Assembly: GCA_014859215.1 (NCBI GenBank) | Contig: JACUUS010000001.1 | Coordinates: 1 to 59,720 of the forward strand | Reading direction: 5' to 3' | DNA length: 59,720 nt | From: Dehalococcoidia bacterium | Lineage (GTDB): Bacteria; Chloroflexota; Dehalococcoidia; SZUA-161 | Shown: piece after piece, positions 27,364 through 36,984 of the stretch | Layout: each line of letters begins with the position of its first letter | How positions within the stretch are numbered: the first letter of the stretch is position 1 | Notes under the pieces: generated by a model | Database searches by the model: none | Told to the model about the DNA's origin: nothing | What the model saw: the letters and a program-made list of their open reading frames with translations, nothing else | Made by a program: the position numbers and the translations under genes

Positions 27364-28008
27364 ATGACTGTGGTAGCAAATGACGACAATGTCCGCATCG
27401 AGCGAATTGAGACGGCCCCTTTCGGCACAAACGCGTACATCATAGTAGATAAGGCCGCCGACCAGAGCCTGTTTGTGGATGCTCCGGGAGAACCGGCCAG
27501 GCTCAAGAGGTGCCTTGGCGGGACGGGGGTACAGGCTATTGCTGTTACTCATGGTCACATGGACCATACGATGGCTCTCGCGGAACTGAGGACCATGACG
27601 GGATGGCCGGTGGTGGTGCACCACGAAGATGCCCGTGCTCTCCCTGTAAAGCCTGATGCGTTTCTGGAAGACGGGCAGGTTATCACCCTTGGACAGGTCC
27701 GGGTCAAGGTCCTGCATACTCCGGGGCATACGCGGGGAAGCATCTGCCTGCTCACAGGTCGGTACCTGATCGCAGGGGACACCATTTTCCCCGACGGCCC
27801 GGGCAAGACGGCTTCACCGTCCGATTTCAAGGCCATCCTTGACTCCCTGACCTCGAAAATCTTTGTCTTGCCTGACGATGTGGAAATCTATCCGGGGCAT
27901 GGTGAAAGGGCTTTGCTGAAGGAAGAGAAGGCCAAATTCAGGGCCTTCCAGTCGAAGCGCCACAGGTCCGACCTCTGCGGAGACGTACTCTGGTTGTCTT
28001 CTACCTGA
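27364..28008 (+). CDS. MBL-fold hydrolase, glyoxalase II / hydroxyacyl-thiol hydrolase-like
   Basis: Contains the THGHMDH metal motif, plus HTPGHT and a later PGHG. The start is moved to the ATG at 27364, which has GGGAGG 7 nt upstream. The tracked start at 27238 adds an implausible N-terminus. Confidence 0.8.
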   Translation: MTVVANDDNVRIERIETAPFGTNAYIIVDKAADQSLFVDAPGEPARLKRCLGGTGVQAIAVTHGHMDHTMALAELRTMTGWPVVVHHEDARALPVKPDAFLEDGQVITLGQVRVKVLHTPGHTRGSICLLTGRYLIAGDTIFPDGPGKTASPSDFKAILDSLTSKIFVLPDDVEIYPGHGERALLKEEKAKFRAFQSKRHRSDLCGDVLWLSST

Positions 28009-28018
28009 GCCTGTCTTT

Positions 28019-28729
28019 TCAGTAGAGGACCTCTTCACGATGGAAGGACTCGGCGAGCTCGTATTCCTTTCCGTCCGCGGCGGTCCGGCACCTTTCCCGA
28101 AGCCAGTTTTCGAGATCCCCGCGAGGCCAGTCTCCTACCTGACTGACGTGACAGTAGAGGGCCTTCATTTTCAAGTCGAACGTGTCTGTCACATCAAAGC
28201 AGTAGTTGACATCTTCTGAAGCCCATAAGAGGATTTCGTCAACGCGGTGCGGCTCGAGGCCGTCCAGCAGAAGCTCGGGATAGGAGAGCCTGTCCCTTGC
28301 ATAGGGAAATACTGCATCGAGCGTGACCTGCCCCGTTATCCTGTGATCACGGTGCCAGAAGTACTTCCTGTATGGGTCCGCCGTGATTACGATCCGGGGC
28401 CGGTATATCCTTATCAGGCGCACAATTTGCTTTCTGAACTCACTGGTATCTTCCAGACCCTGATCGGGATGGCGCAGGAATACGACTTCGCGTACGCCAA
28501 GCACTTTGGCCGCTTCGAGTTGCTCCTTCTCCCGCATGCGCGCCAGTCTTTCCGGTGTCATGTTCGGGTCCGTCGTCCCCTTGTTGCCGTTAGTGCATAC
28601 GACGTAAACAACCTCTTTCCCCCGACGGACCCATGCAGCGACCGTTCCCGCCGCGCCGAATTCGGCATCGTCCGGGTGAGGTGTGACGACCATTACATGA
28701 GCGGTCTTATTCGCCAATCCGGACCTCAC
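28019..28729 (-). CDS. PIG-L/LmbE-family N-acetylglucosaminyl deacetylase (MshB/BshB-like)
   Basis: Contains the VVTPHPDDAEFG motif, HRDHR and the family-typical HVSQ. 236 aa. Confidence 0.85.
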   Translation of the reverse strand: MRSGLANKTAHVMVVTPHPDDAEFGAAGTVAAWVRRGKEVVYVVCTNGNKGTTDPNMTPERLARMREKEQLEAAKVLGVREVVFLRHPDQGLEDTSEFRKQIVRLIRIYRPRIVITADPYRKYFWHRDHRITGQVTLDAVFPYARDRLSYPELLLDGLEPHRVDEILLWASEDVNYCFDVTDTFDLKMKALYCHVSQVGDWPRGDLENWLRERCRTAADGKEYELAESFHREEVLY

Positions 28730-28830
28730 TGAATTGCCAGCTAATTCTATAATAATGGATGGACCCTGTACAAATCACTCCCGGATACATAAGATTATCA
28801 ACGGTATTCTGAGGCCCCGGGGCAAGAAGC

Positions 28831-29754
28831 TTGAATGTGATCAGACCTTACGTAGACCAGGATTTCATGTCTTATCTCGTTTTCCAGAAGCAGGCTGCCG
28901 GAATCGGGCCCGTTGAACGATACAAGAACCCTGCTTCTCTTAGAAGGGCCTTTGCCCGGCCGGGTTTCCTGGCCAATGAAGATATCCTCCTGATGCTTGG
29001 TCCGGGTGGGGAGATACTCGGGTCAATTACGATGCGCCGCGAGTACTTTCTGAGGCGGGTTGTCCTGTCTCTTCTCATGGTTCACTGGCCGGCTGACGAG
29101 AATTCTCCGGGCAAGCTGGTCGAAGAGGGCATGCGAATTGCTGCAACGCGAGCTATGCTGGTCGCCCATGTGAATGTATCCGAAAATGAGGTAAAGGGAA
29201 TAGGTCTGCTTGAACGGCTTGGCTTCGGCTTAGCCAGGCGATACCTGGAACTGGAAATGCCGCCCGCCGCGCTCGAAATCGTGAGCGGACAAATCCCCGG
29301 CGAAAAACACCGCTGTATGAGAGCAGGCGAAGAAGAGAAGCTGGCACGTCTTCAGAATGCCGCCTTTAAAGACACATGGGGTTACAATGCCAATACGGCA
29401 GTGGACATAAAGTACTCAGTTGAAACATCTGGAGGTCCGCAGAACGTTGTGGTTATCGAGGAGAACGGGGATCTGGTAGCTTACTGCTGGATAATGCCCG
29501 GCCTGGAGGGAGAAATCGCCGAGCCGGACGCGGGTCGGATATACATGATCGGCGTACACCCCGCGCAGCGGGGGAGAGGTCTAGGGCGATATGCTTTGAT
29601 GGCAGGCCTGAGAATGCTCAAAGCAAAAGATAAGGTCCGCGCCGTGCTTACGGTCGATTCCGAGAACAGGACTGCCCTGGCGCTCTATGAATCCCTGGGA
29701 TTCAGGGTTACGGCGGCCAGTCTATGGTATGAAAGAACATTGAAGGCTACCTAG
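28831..29754 (+). CDS. tandem-GNAT acetyltransferase with mycothiol-synthase (MshD)-like architecture
   Basis: About 307 aa. The N-terminal GNAT-like half lacks the acetyl-CoA loop. The C-terminal half has a canonical IGVHPAQRGRGLGRYAL motif. The start is either TTG at 28831 or GTG at 28837. Confidence 0.7.
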   Translation: MNVIRPYVDQDFMSYLVFQKQAAGIGPVERYKNPASLRRAFARPGFLANEDILLMLGPGGEILGSITMRREYFLRRVVLSLLMVHWPADENSPGKLVEEGMRIAATRAMLVAHVNVSENEVKGIGLLERLGFGLARRYLELEMPPAALEIVSGQIPGEKHRCMRAGEEEKLARLQNAAFKDTWGYNANTAVDIKYSVETSGGPQNVVVIEENGDLVAYCWIMPGLEGEIAEPDAGRIYMIGVHPAQRGRGLGRYALMAGLRMLKAKDKVRAVLTVDSENRTALALYESLGFRVTAASLWYERTLKAT

Positions 29755-30967
29755 GGGGCTTACGCACCCTCAGCGATGCATAATATTCCTCGGTTATTGC
29801 ATCGGCGATCGCCGGCCAGCCGAACTTGCTGACAGAAGCGCGGATATATGCGGGAGGCAGCTGTTTGTGGGAGTTCGCCAGGAACAGGCGGATAGCCCGG
29901 GCGAAATCAGCGGAGGTAGTCCCTTCGACCAGGTAGCCTGTGCGCCCGTTCAAAACGATATCCGGCATCCCGCCTACCCTCGCAGCAATCACGGGTGTTC
30001 CGCAGGCGAGAGATTCAAGGGCGACGAGTCCGAAACTCTCGTAGTAGGAAGGAATGACGCAGACATCGGCGGAGCAGTAATATACGGGCAAAAGCTCCTG
30101 TGGAACCGGACCCGCGAAGCTTACTGAATCGTGAATACCGAGCTCCCTGGAGTAATGCTCGAGGGACTTCAGTTCCGGATCGCCGTCGCCGTCTCCTCCA
30201 GCGACGATCAATTTCAGGTCCGCTGCACCGCCCAGGGTAGCGAATGCCTCGAACAACCTGTGCAGGCCTTTAAGCGGCTCCAGTCTCCCTACACACAGGA
30301 TGATCTTGCCGTGATCAAGCCCCAGTTTTCTGCGCGCCTGGTCTCTCGCGATCGGGCTGAAGAGTGCCAGGTTGACGCCTCCGGGGATTACGCTGATTCT
30401 TCCCCTCTCCGCGTCGCAAAGCTCTGCCAGGAGTTCCCGCTCGCCGGCAGTGGCGGCGATGATCCGGTCCGGGCGTCCCGCCACCTCCTTTTCTGTCACC
30501 AGACGCAGGTCAGATTCCTCCTCGCCTATACCGGCAGAGTTCTTGGCGGCGGCAAGAGTATGGAACATGGTCAAATGGGGAACGTGCCACCAACTCTGCA
30601 GGATATTGCCGACCCAGGTCGACAGCCAGTAATGGCTGTGGATAAGGTCATAATTGCGCCCCTCCTGCCTGCGGAAACTCTCGACGGCGCAGGCAGCGTC
30701 GGCCAGGTGCGCGTAGAGAACAAGCTTGTGCATTTCGCCCGTTTCACCGAGTTCCAGGTGTATAATGCGGACGCGGTCGCAAAGCCCGATTGTCTGGTTT
30801 TCGCCGGGTTGATGTGCGCGCGTATAGATATCCACTGAATGACCGCGGCAGCCAAGCTCACAGGCAAGCTCTCTTACGTATACGTTCATTCCGCCGGTAT
30901 CCCTGCTTCCCAGCTTGCCCTGGGGACAGCTATGGACGCTGAGCATCGCAACGCGCAATTGTTCCAT
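29747..30967 (-). CDS. GT4 glycosyltransferase, MshA-like (retaining GlcNAc transferase type)
   Basis: MEQLRVAMLSVHSCPQGKLGSRDTGGMNVYVRELA, IHSHYWLS and FHTLAAAKN closely follow the MshA pattern. A C-terminal E-x7-E-type region (PSYYESFGLVALESLACGTP) is present. The start is set to Met20 of the tracked ORF (ATG at 30967). Confidence 0.8.
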   Translation of the reverse strand: MEQLRVAMLSVHSCPQGKLGSRDTGGMNVYVRELACELGCRGHSVDIYTRAHQPGENQTIGLCDRVRIIHLELGETGEMHKLVLYAHLADAACAVESFRRQEGRNYDLIHSHYWLSTWVGNILQSWWHVPHLTMFHTLAAAKNSAGIGEEESDLRLVTEKEVAGRPDRIIAATAGERELLAELCDAERGRISVIPGGVNLALFSPIARDQARRKLGLDHGKIILCVGRLEPLKGLHRLFEAFATLGGAADLKLIVAGGDGDGDPELKSLEHYSRELGIHDSVSFAGPVPQELLPVYYCSADVCVIPSYYESFGLVALESLACGTPVIAARVGGMPDIVLNGRTGYLVEGTTSADFARAIRLFLANSHKQLPPAYIRASVSKFGWPAIADAITEEYYASLRVRKPPR

Positions 30968-30999
30968 GACCGGTTCTTTCTCCCTGGCGCTGTGGGGAT

Positions 31000-32205
31000 T
31001 CAGCGCTTGAGCGTTAGATGGCAATCGTATATGGGTATTTCCGTCCCGCCGAGGCGGTACTTGTATTCCTCGGCTCCTTTAAGGAAATCGTACCGTTTTC
31101 TGCCTCTCTCGATACTATCCTTGATCGACAGCACTTTGGACATAAGACCGACGCTTAAATACGCGTAGCGCTTATCGAAGCCGCTGTTGTAAAGGTATAC
31201 GGTCCCCGCATAGTCGAAGCACATTATGGCGGCCACTGTTGAGGAATCAAGGTCCAGAAATCCCATCCTCAGCAGACCCCTCTCGGCCATGGTGTGTGCG
31301 ATTGATCGGAAGAAGGCTTCCATCTGGTTTGTCATGAACTCCGCCTTGTCTTCCCTGCTTTCGCGGAGGAGGGGAAGGAATGTATCCATGCAAGATTCGA
31401 TGGAAGCTGTATCTTCAATCATCCGGAAGCTTACCCTGCCGCCTTCTTCCAGACGCCTCAGCTTGCGGTTTACTTCCCGATGCTGCTTGGTGCTCAATTT
31501 GTCGAGATACCCGTCCCAGGTCGGCGGCAAGTCCAGGTACAACGATACATCGCGCATGATGCACGAAACACTGAAGCCCCTGTTTCTCGCTAAACCGACG
31601 AGGGTGGAGAGCACGGGTGAATCATTTCTCACGGACTCAAGAAGTAAACTTTCTATGCGGTCCTGCGGCAACCTGTCCAGAACCTGGCTGAAGAATGCAT
31701 GCTCGCTGCCCGGCGCGATAACGAAATCCTGGTAATCACATATGTCAGGGCTGCCAATGAATCTGGCTTCGCCTTCGCGGACAAAGAGAGGGACAATGCC
31801 GAGGATGGTCTCGTCCTCAGTCACCGCACGCAGATACAGGTTGTCTGAAGCGAAGGCACTGTACCAGGCCTTCAGCCACGGCGGAATCGTGAAAACACAG
31901 TCCCAGGCGAGACCGGAATGATGCTGCTCCCAACACGAATGCAGCGCATCGAAATCCTGGATGGTCGAAGTAACAATCACGATAGGTCTACTGTAACATT
32001 GGTGAGTAGTGTCGATCAAGCCTGGAATCGGGTGGAAGCCGGAATTGACCGGGCACAAGGCGTGGTGATGGTACGCCTGAAGCCTGGATGAGGGAGCATG
32101 CGGCGATTCCACTAACTTGACGAGCTGTCGCCGGAAGTCCTCACCAGCATGAGAGGTGTTCTTCCTCCATGCAGGACCCTGTCTGCAGTACTTCCGAATG
32201 CCCAT
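31000..32205 (-). CDS. CelD/BioF2-like GNAT-fold protein (FemAB-like superfamily, Acetyltransf_6 type)
   Basis: The C-terminal region (CFDYAGTVYLYNSGFDKRYAYLSVGLMSKVLSIKDSIERGRKRYDFLKGAEEYKYRLGG) is typical of this family. The tracked start overlaps the USP gene by 94 nt. A GTG at 32112-32110, overlapping the USP TAG, is the more likely start. Confidence 0.65.
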   Translation of the reverse strand: MGIRKYCRQGPAWRKNTSHAGEDFRRQLVKLVESPHAPSSRLQAYHHHALCPVNSGFHPIPGLIDTTHQCYSRPIVIVTSTIQDFDALHSCWEQHHSGLAWDCVFTIPPWLKAWYSAFASDNLYLRAVTEDETILGIVPLFVREGEARFIGSPDICDYQDFVIAPGSEHAFFSQVLDRLPQDRIESLLLESVRNDSPVLSTLVGLARNRGFSVSCIMRDVSLYLDLPPTWDGYLDKLSTKQHREVNRKLRRLEEGGRVSFRMIEDTASIESCMDTFLPLLRESREDKAEFMTNQMEAFFRSIAHTMAERGLLRMGFLDLDSSTVAAIMCFDYAGTVYLYNSGFDKRYAYLSVGLMSKVLSIKDSIERGRKRYDFLKGAEEYKYRLGGTEIPIYDCHLTLKR

Positions 32206-33026
32206 CGAGTGACTCCGGAGCGCCCGTGAGTGGACATTACTACCAGTGCATGCAGATTGTCGGCGACTTTGATTATCTCATCGGCGGCTGTGCCGATGCC
32301 GACCTCGGTATTGGCCTGGATTCCCCGGTCGATGAGGCGGCGGCTGCAGCGCTCCAGGTATTCGTGAGCGCGTGATTGTATTTCCTGCATCTCCTCGGGG
32401 GTGTGGAAGAGCTGCACCATGTCCCCGGGGATACTGTACGTGAAGTAGAACGGCTCAATGACCTGCAGCAGTGTGACTTCGGCCTGGAGACCGGACGCGA
32501 GCTGTTCCACGAAGGGAATAGTACGTTCGGCTTCCTTGGAGCCATCCAGCGGGATCAGCAGTTTCTTGAAGGCTTCGAGGTCCTGTTCAGGCGGAACAGG
32601 ATGCCCGGCGGCTATACGGATGAGGGCAACGGGTATACGGATAGTGCGCGCGACCCGATCGGCCACGCTTCCGAGCATCCAGCGCCTGAAACCGGTCCAG
32701 CCGTGGGTGGTCATGACGACGAGGTCTATATCCTGTTTTTCGGCGTATTCCACGATTTGCTCCGCGGGGTGGCCGTGCAGCAGCACCGACTGAACACTGA
32801 CCGTTCTTCCTGATTGTCCCCTGAGAGACTGAACGCCGGAACGGGCATTCTCCACCATTTGAGTCATGTAGACCTCATGCATATGCCTGTAAGCTGCTTC
32901 GCTGTCCTCGAAAACATGTACCAGGACCAGCTCAGAGTCCAGCCTGTCAGCGAGCTGTTCCGCATACGGCAGGGCAAGTTCGCTCGATTCCGAGCCGTCC
33001 AATGGTACAAGCAACTTTCTGAACAT
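32112..33026 (-). CDS. universal stress protein, tandem UspA domains
   Basis: Two repeats share the same pattern: KLLVPLDGSE...DLVVMTTHGWTGFRRWMLGSVADRV and KLLIPLDGSK...LVVMSTHGRSGVTRWAFGSTADRV. Confidence 0.9.
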   Translation of the reverse strand: MFRKLLVPLDGSESSELALPYAEQLADRLDSELVLVHVFEDSEAAYRHMHEVYMTQMVENARSGVQSLRGQSGRTVSVQSVLLHGHPAEQIVEYAEKQDIDLVVMTTHGWTGFRRWMLGSVADRVARTIRIPVALIRIAAGHPVPPEQDLEAFKKLLIPLDGSKEAERTIPFVEQLASGLQAEVTLLQVIEPFYFTYSIPGDMVQLFHTPEEMQEIQSRAHEYLERCSRRLIDRGIQANTEVGIGTAADEIIKVADNLHALVVMSTHGRSGVTRWAFGSTADRVLHGGRTPLMLVRTSGDSSSS

Positions 33027-33058
33027 CGGGCCTCCCTGAAATTAGAATCCAGATAACC

Positions 33059-33862
33059 TTAGAACATGTGGGCGCCGCCGTCCACCATGAAGGTATGACC
33101 GGTGATAAAATCCGAATCTTCGCTCGCCAGAAACACGGCCACGCGGCCGATGTCTTTTTCGGCGTCACCCACGCGGCGCAGCGGGATCCGTTCCAGCTCC
33201 TTGCTCATCTCGGCTACCTTTTCGGGAGAGGCTTCAGCGAATGCCAGCATGGCAGGCGTGAGAGCGGAGGGGCATATCACGTTGACGTTGATCTGATATT
33301 TGCCCCATTCACGCGCCGCTGTCCTGGTGAAACCGCGAATAGCCTCCTTGTTGGCATTATAGTCGGCGGAACCCTCCCAGCCAACTATGCCCATAAGGGA
33401 CGCGAAGTTAATTATTTTTCCGCCCCTGTCTTTCATATACGGAAAAACCGCTTTGCAGCAGTAGACTGTCCCCTTGAGGCCGCTCTGGAATGCCAGATCC
33501 CACCACTCTTCAGGCATGGATTCGATCGGCGAGCCAAGGTGGTAAGCGGTCCCGCCTGTCCAGCTCTGGGCGTTGTTGACCAGGATATCGATCGGTCCGA
33601 ACGTTGCCGCCGCTCTGGCGACCATCTGTTTCACCTGCTGTTCGTTCCCGACGTCACAGGGGACAGCCATCGCTTCTTTTCCGAGCTGACGTATCTCTTC
33701 TTCGACGGCCCTGGCGGTGTCGGGTTTGTGCTCGGCGATAACTACCCTTGCTCCCTCTTTGGCAAGAGCTAGGGCTACGCCCCTGCCGACTCCCTGGCCG
33801 GCGCCGGTTACGATAGCAGCCTTGCCATCAAGCTTCCCCATGGCATTCCTCCTCGTATCCAT
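33059..33862 (-). CDS. SDR-family oxidoreductase (FabG-like)
   Basis: Contains GKAAIVTGAGQGVGRGVA (TGxxxGxG), NNAQ and YNANK (YxxxK). The real start may be Met8 at 33841. Confidence 0.85.
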   Translation of the reverse strand: MDTRRNAMGKLDGKAAIVTGAGQGVGRGVALALAKEGARVVIAEHKPDTARAVEEEIRQLGKEAMAVPCDVGNEQQVKQMVARAAATFGPIDILVNNAQSWTGGTAYHLGSPIESMPEEWWDLAFQSGLKGTVYCCKAVFPYMKDRGGKIINFASLMGIVGWEGSADYNANKEAIRGFTRTAAREWGKYQINVNVICPSALTPAMLAFAEASPEKVAEMSKELERIPLRRVGDAEKDIGRVAVFLASEDSDFITGHTFMVDGGAHMF

Positions 33863-33882
33863 ATTTTGCCCGGATTAAGAGG

Positions 33883-34851
33883 TTACTGTCTCGAGGACGC
33901 GTACAGCTTCTCGGTTATTGTCCTGGCCTGCCCGATTATCCTGTCGATGATCTCCTTCACGGTAGGGATGTCAACCAGTTGACCAACCACCTGCCCACAG
34001 GCTACAGCCCCGGCATCGGTCTTTCCCAGGAGGACGGTGCCGGTATAGCTTTCGCGGCCTATGATTGTCAGCAGCTCCTCTATGCCTGCCCCGCGCTTCT
34101 CCATTTCAAGCATCCGCCGGGCGGCGTCATTGTTCAGGACCCGATAATTTCGTCCGATAGACCGCTCCACGTGGACCGTTCCGGTGGCTTCGGTCCGAAG
34201 AAGAAGCTCCTTGAATCTCGGATGAGCGGGACATTCCTGGGTGGCCATGAAGCGCGTACCTATCTGGACTCCGGACGCGCCGAGCGCGAGGTTTGCCAGA
34301 AAAGCGCGGCCGTCCGCCACGCCTCCCGCGGCGATAACCGGGACCTTCAGCGAGTCAACCGCCATAGGTATCAGTATGGAAAGCGCCATCTCGTCCAGAC
34401 CGGTGTGTCCGGCCGCTTCATATCCTACCAGCGTAACCGCATCAGCCCCGGCACGTTCCGCCGATTGGGCATGCTTGACGGTCGCGCACTTGTGCATTAT
34501 CTTTATGCCGGCCTCCTTGAGGCGGGCGATGAAGGGAGCGGGGTTGAGGGCGGCTGTTTCGACGAACTCAATACCTTCGTCAATGACTACCTGTATGTCA
34601 TTATCGATCTTGGCGGGATCGCGCGTTATCAACGCGATGTTTACTCCAAAAGGCTTATCCGTCTTGCTGCGGCAGATGTGGATCTGCTCACGGAGTTCCT
34701 CTTTGCTCTCCCAGCTGACTGATGAAATCAGCCCGAAACCTCCCGCGTTAGACACAGCCGCCGCGAACTCCCCGGTGGTCAGGTATGCCATGGCGCCCCC
34801 GATTATGGGGTACTCTACGCCGAGAAGCTCGGTAAGCCTGGTATTGAACAT
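33883..34851 (-). CDS. NAD(P)H-dependent flavin oxidoreductase, nitronate monooxygenase / FabK-like
   Basis: Contains MFNTRLTELLGVEYPIIGGAMAYLT...AVSNAGGFGLI and VIAAGGVADGR. The start is moved to Met15 of the tracked ORF. Confidence 0.8.
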   Translation of the reverse strand: MFNTRLTELLGVEYPIIGGAMAYLTTGEFAAAVSNAGGFGLISSVSWESKEELREQIHICRSKTDKPFGVNIALITRDPAKIDNDIQVVIDEGIEFVETAALNPAPFIARLKEAGIKIMHKCATVKHAQSAERAGADAVTLVGYEAAGHTGLDEMALSILIPMAVDSLKVPVIAAGGVADGRAFLANLALGASGVQIGTRFMATQECPAHPRFKELLLRTEATGTVHVERSIGRNYRVLNNDAARRMLEMEKRGAGIEELLTIIGRESYTGTVLLGKTDAGAVACGQVVGQLVDIPTVKEIIDRIIGQARTITEKLYASSRQ

Positions 34852-34967
34852 CCTGGGCCTCCCTTCTCTTGTGCGGATAGCTAAAGCTACCATCTAGTGC
34901 GTGTGAAGTCAATCCGACCGGACAAAAGGCGTGGAATTGCGGGATGCCCAGAATCCGAATCCGATAA

Positions 34968-34996
34968 TTGACCTTGTCGTGGAATGTCGATAGAAT
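34968..34996 (+). promoter_or_regulatory. candidate sigma70-type promoter upstream of aor
   Basis: TTGACC (34968-34973), a 17-nt spacer, then TAGAAT (34991-34996). It lies 27 nt upstream of the TTG start, which has AAAGGAG 6 nt before it. Confidence 0.4.
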
Positions 34997-35023
34997 CGTG
35001 ACATTTCCCGAAAGGAGCATGCA

Positions 35024-36961
35024 TTGTCTGAAGAGTCCGGGTACGCCGGAAGCATTTTGAGAGTCGACCTGTCTTCCAGTGAAATTGGCGTTTCGCCTGT
35101 TGATGCTTATGCCCGCGACTATGTCGGGGGCCGAGGTTTTGCCGCCCGCATATACTGGGACGAGGTCGAGCCGCAAATTTCGGCTTTTGATCCGTCGAAT
35201 TTGTTCATGGTTTTCACCGGGCCTCTGGCCGGATTTAATGGCCTGGGCGGCTCGCGGTGGATGGTGGCGGGCAAATCACCTCTAACGGAGCCGGAGCATT
35301 TTTCGTACGCGAACCTGGGAGGAAGCTGGGGGGTGAAGCTGAAGTCGGCAGGCTACGACGGGATCGTGGTAAAGGGCAGGTCGGAGAAGCCGGTCTATAT
35401 ACTGGTCCACGATGGACGGGCGGAAATCAGGGATGCTTCGCATCTGCGCGACAAGACGACGGTGGAAGTCCGGGATATTCTGAAACAGGAAATGGGTGAT
35501 TCGACCGGGGTCCTGGCCTGCGGACCGGCCGGCGAGCGCCTGGCAGCCTTTGGCAGCCTGCTGGCCGACAATGACGCAAGCGGGTCGTGCGGGTTCGGCG
35601 CGGTCATGGGCTCGAAGGGACTGAAGGCAATCGTGGTGCGAGGGAGCGGAAAGATACAGGTGGCTTACCCGGAGAGATTGCGCGAGCTGGCCCGGGTTGT
35701 TCGCGAGCTCAAGAAGGACTCGGTGGGCACGGGGCAGACGGACCTCATAACGGGCTCGCGGGTCAGGAAAGATGTGTGCCGGGGCTGCATAGGGGCCTGT
35801 ATCAGGCAGGTCTTCGAGGCCAGCGACGGGACCAGGGGGAAATTCTCCTGTGGTTCCGCCTGGTACTACCAGGAACGGGCAATGAGGTATTACGGCGAGT
35901 GGAACGAGGTCCCGTTCCAGGCGACAAGGCTGGCGGACGCATATGGCCTGGACACGGAGTCCCTGCATACTTTGATTATGTGGCTTTCCCGGTGCAGCAA
36001 GGCCGGCATCCTCACGGATGACAACACCGGGCTGCCGCTCTCCAAAATGGGCAGCCTGGAGTTCATAGAAGCGCTCGTGAAGAAGATCTCTTTCCGCGAG
36101 GGATTCGGCGATGTCCTGGCAAAAGGACTCAGCGGGGCCGCCGCTGAAGTGGGCAGAGGCTCACAGGAGTTGATCACCGACTACGTCTCCAAGGCCGGGT
36201 ACGGGTCGGAATATTGCCCGCGCATGTTTATTGTGTCGAGCCTCCTTTATGCCATGGAACCGCGTCTGCCGATACAGCAGGTGCACGAAGTGGGTGTGCC
36301 GCTGTTCGCCTGGCTGGGATGGCTGAACAAGGTCGAGGGTTCCTTTCTTTCCACGGAGGTATACCGGAAAATCGCCAAACGGTTCTGGGGCAGCGAGGTG
36401 GCGGCGGATTTCTCCACGTACGAGGGCAAGGCTGTGGCGACGGCGAAGATACAAGACCGGCAGTACGCGAAGGAAAGCCTGATCCTGTGTGACTGGATGT
36501 GGCCGATAACCCATTCCGCATATACACGTGACCACGTGGGCGATCCGACTCTGGAGAGCAGGATACTCTCCGCGGTGACCGGCCGCGAGGTGAGCGAAGA
36601 AGAGCTATACCGTACGGGCGAGAGGATATTCAATTTGCAGAGAGCTATACTGGTCAGGGAAGGGCATAAGGGAAGGGAAGGCGATGTTCTGCCCGAGCCG
36701 TTCTTCACGAGGCCTCTCAAGGCGGCGGTGCAGGACCCGGAATGTCTCGCGCCGGGCAGAGACGGCGCGGTTATCTCGCGGAAAGGCGCAGTTGTCGACC
36801 GGGAGCAGTTCGAGCGGATGAAAGACGAATACTACGCGCTCAGGGGCTGGGACGTGGCTACCGGACTCCAGACGAAGGCCAGTATGGGCAGGCTCGGTCT
36901 CGAAGATGTGGCAGCGGACCTGGAGCGTAGGAAACTCGTCGCAGATGCCAGGTCCGGTTAG
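35024..36961 (+). CDS. aor: aldehyde:ferredoxin oxidoreductase family (tungstopterin enzyme)
   Basis: The N-terminus (GYAGSILRVDLSSSEIGVSPVDAYARDYVGGRGFAARIYWDEV) is the AOR N-domain signature. 645 aa with a TTG start. Confidence 0.85.
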   Translation: MSEESGYAGSILRVDLSSSEIGVSPVDAYARDYVGGRGFAARIYWDEVEPQISAFDPSNLFMVFTGPLAGFNGLGGSRWMVAGKSPLTEPEHFSYANLGGSWGVKLKSAGYDGIVVKGRSEKPVYILVHDGRAEIRDASHLRDKTTVEVRDILKQEMGDSTGVLACGPAGERLAAFGSLLADNDASGSCGFGAVMGSKGLKAIVVRGSGKIQVAYPERLRELARVVRELKKDSVGTGQTDLITGSRVRKDVCRGCIGACIRQVFEASDGTRGKFSCGSAWYYQERAMRYYGEWNEVPFQATRLADAYGLDTESLHTLIMWLSRCSKAGILTDDNTGLPLSKMGSLEFIEALVKKISFREGFGDVLAKGLSGAAAEVGRGSQELITDYVSKAGYGSEYCPRMFIVSSLLYAMEPRLPIQQVHEVGVPLFAWLGWLNKVEGSFLSTEVYRKIAKRFWGSEVAADFSTYEGKAVATAKIQDRQYAKESLILCDWMWPITHSAYTRDHVGDPTLESRILSAVTGREVSEEELYRTGERIFNLQRAILVREGHKGREGDVLPEPFFTRPLKAAVQDPECLAPGRDGAVISRKGAVVDREQFERMKDEYYALRGWDVATGLQTKASMGRLGLEDVAADLERRKLVADARSG

Positions 36962-36984
36962 GCGCTGTCCCGCAGTCTTGTCCG

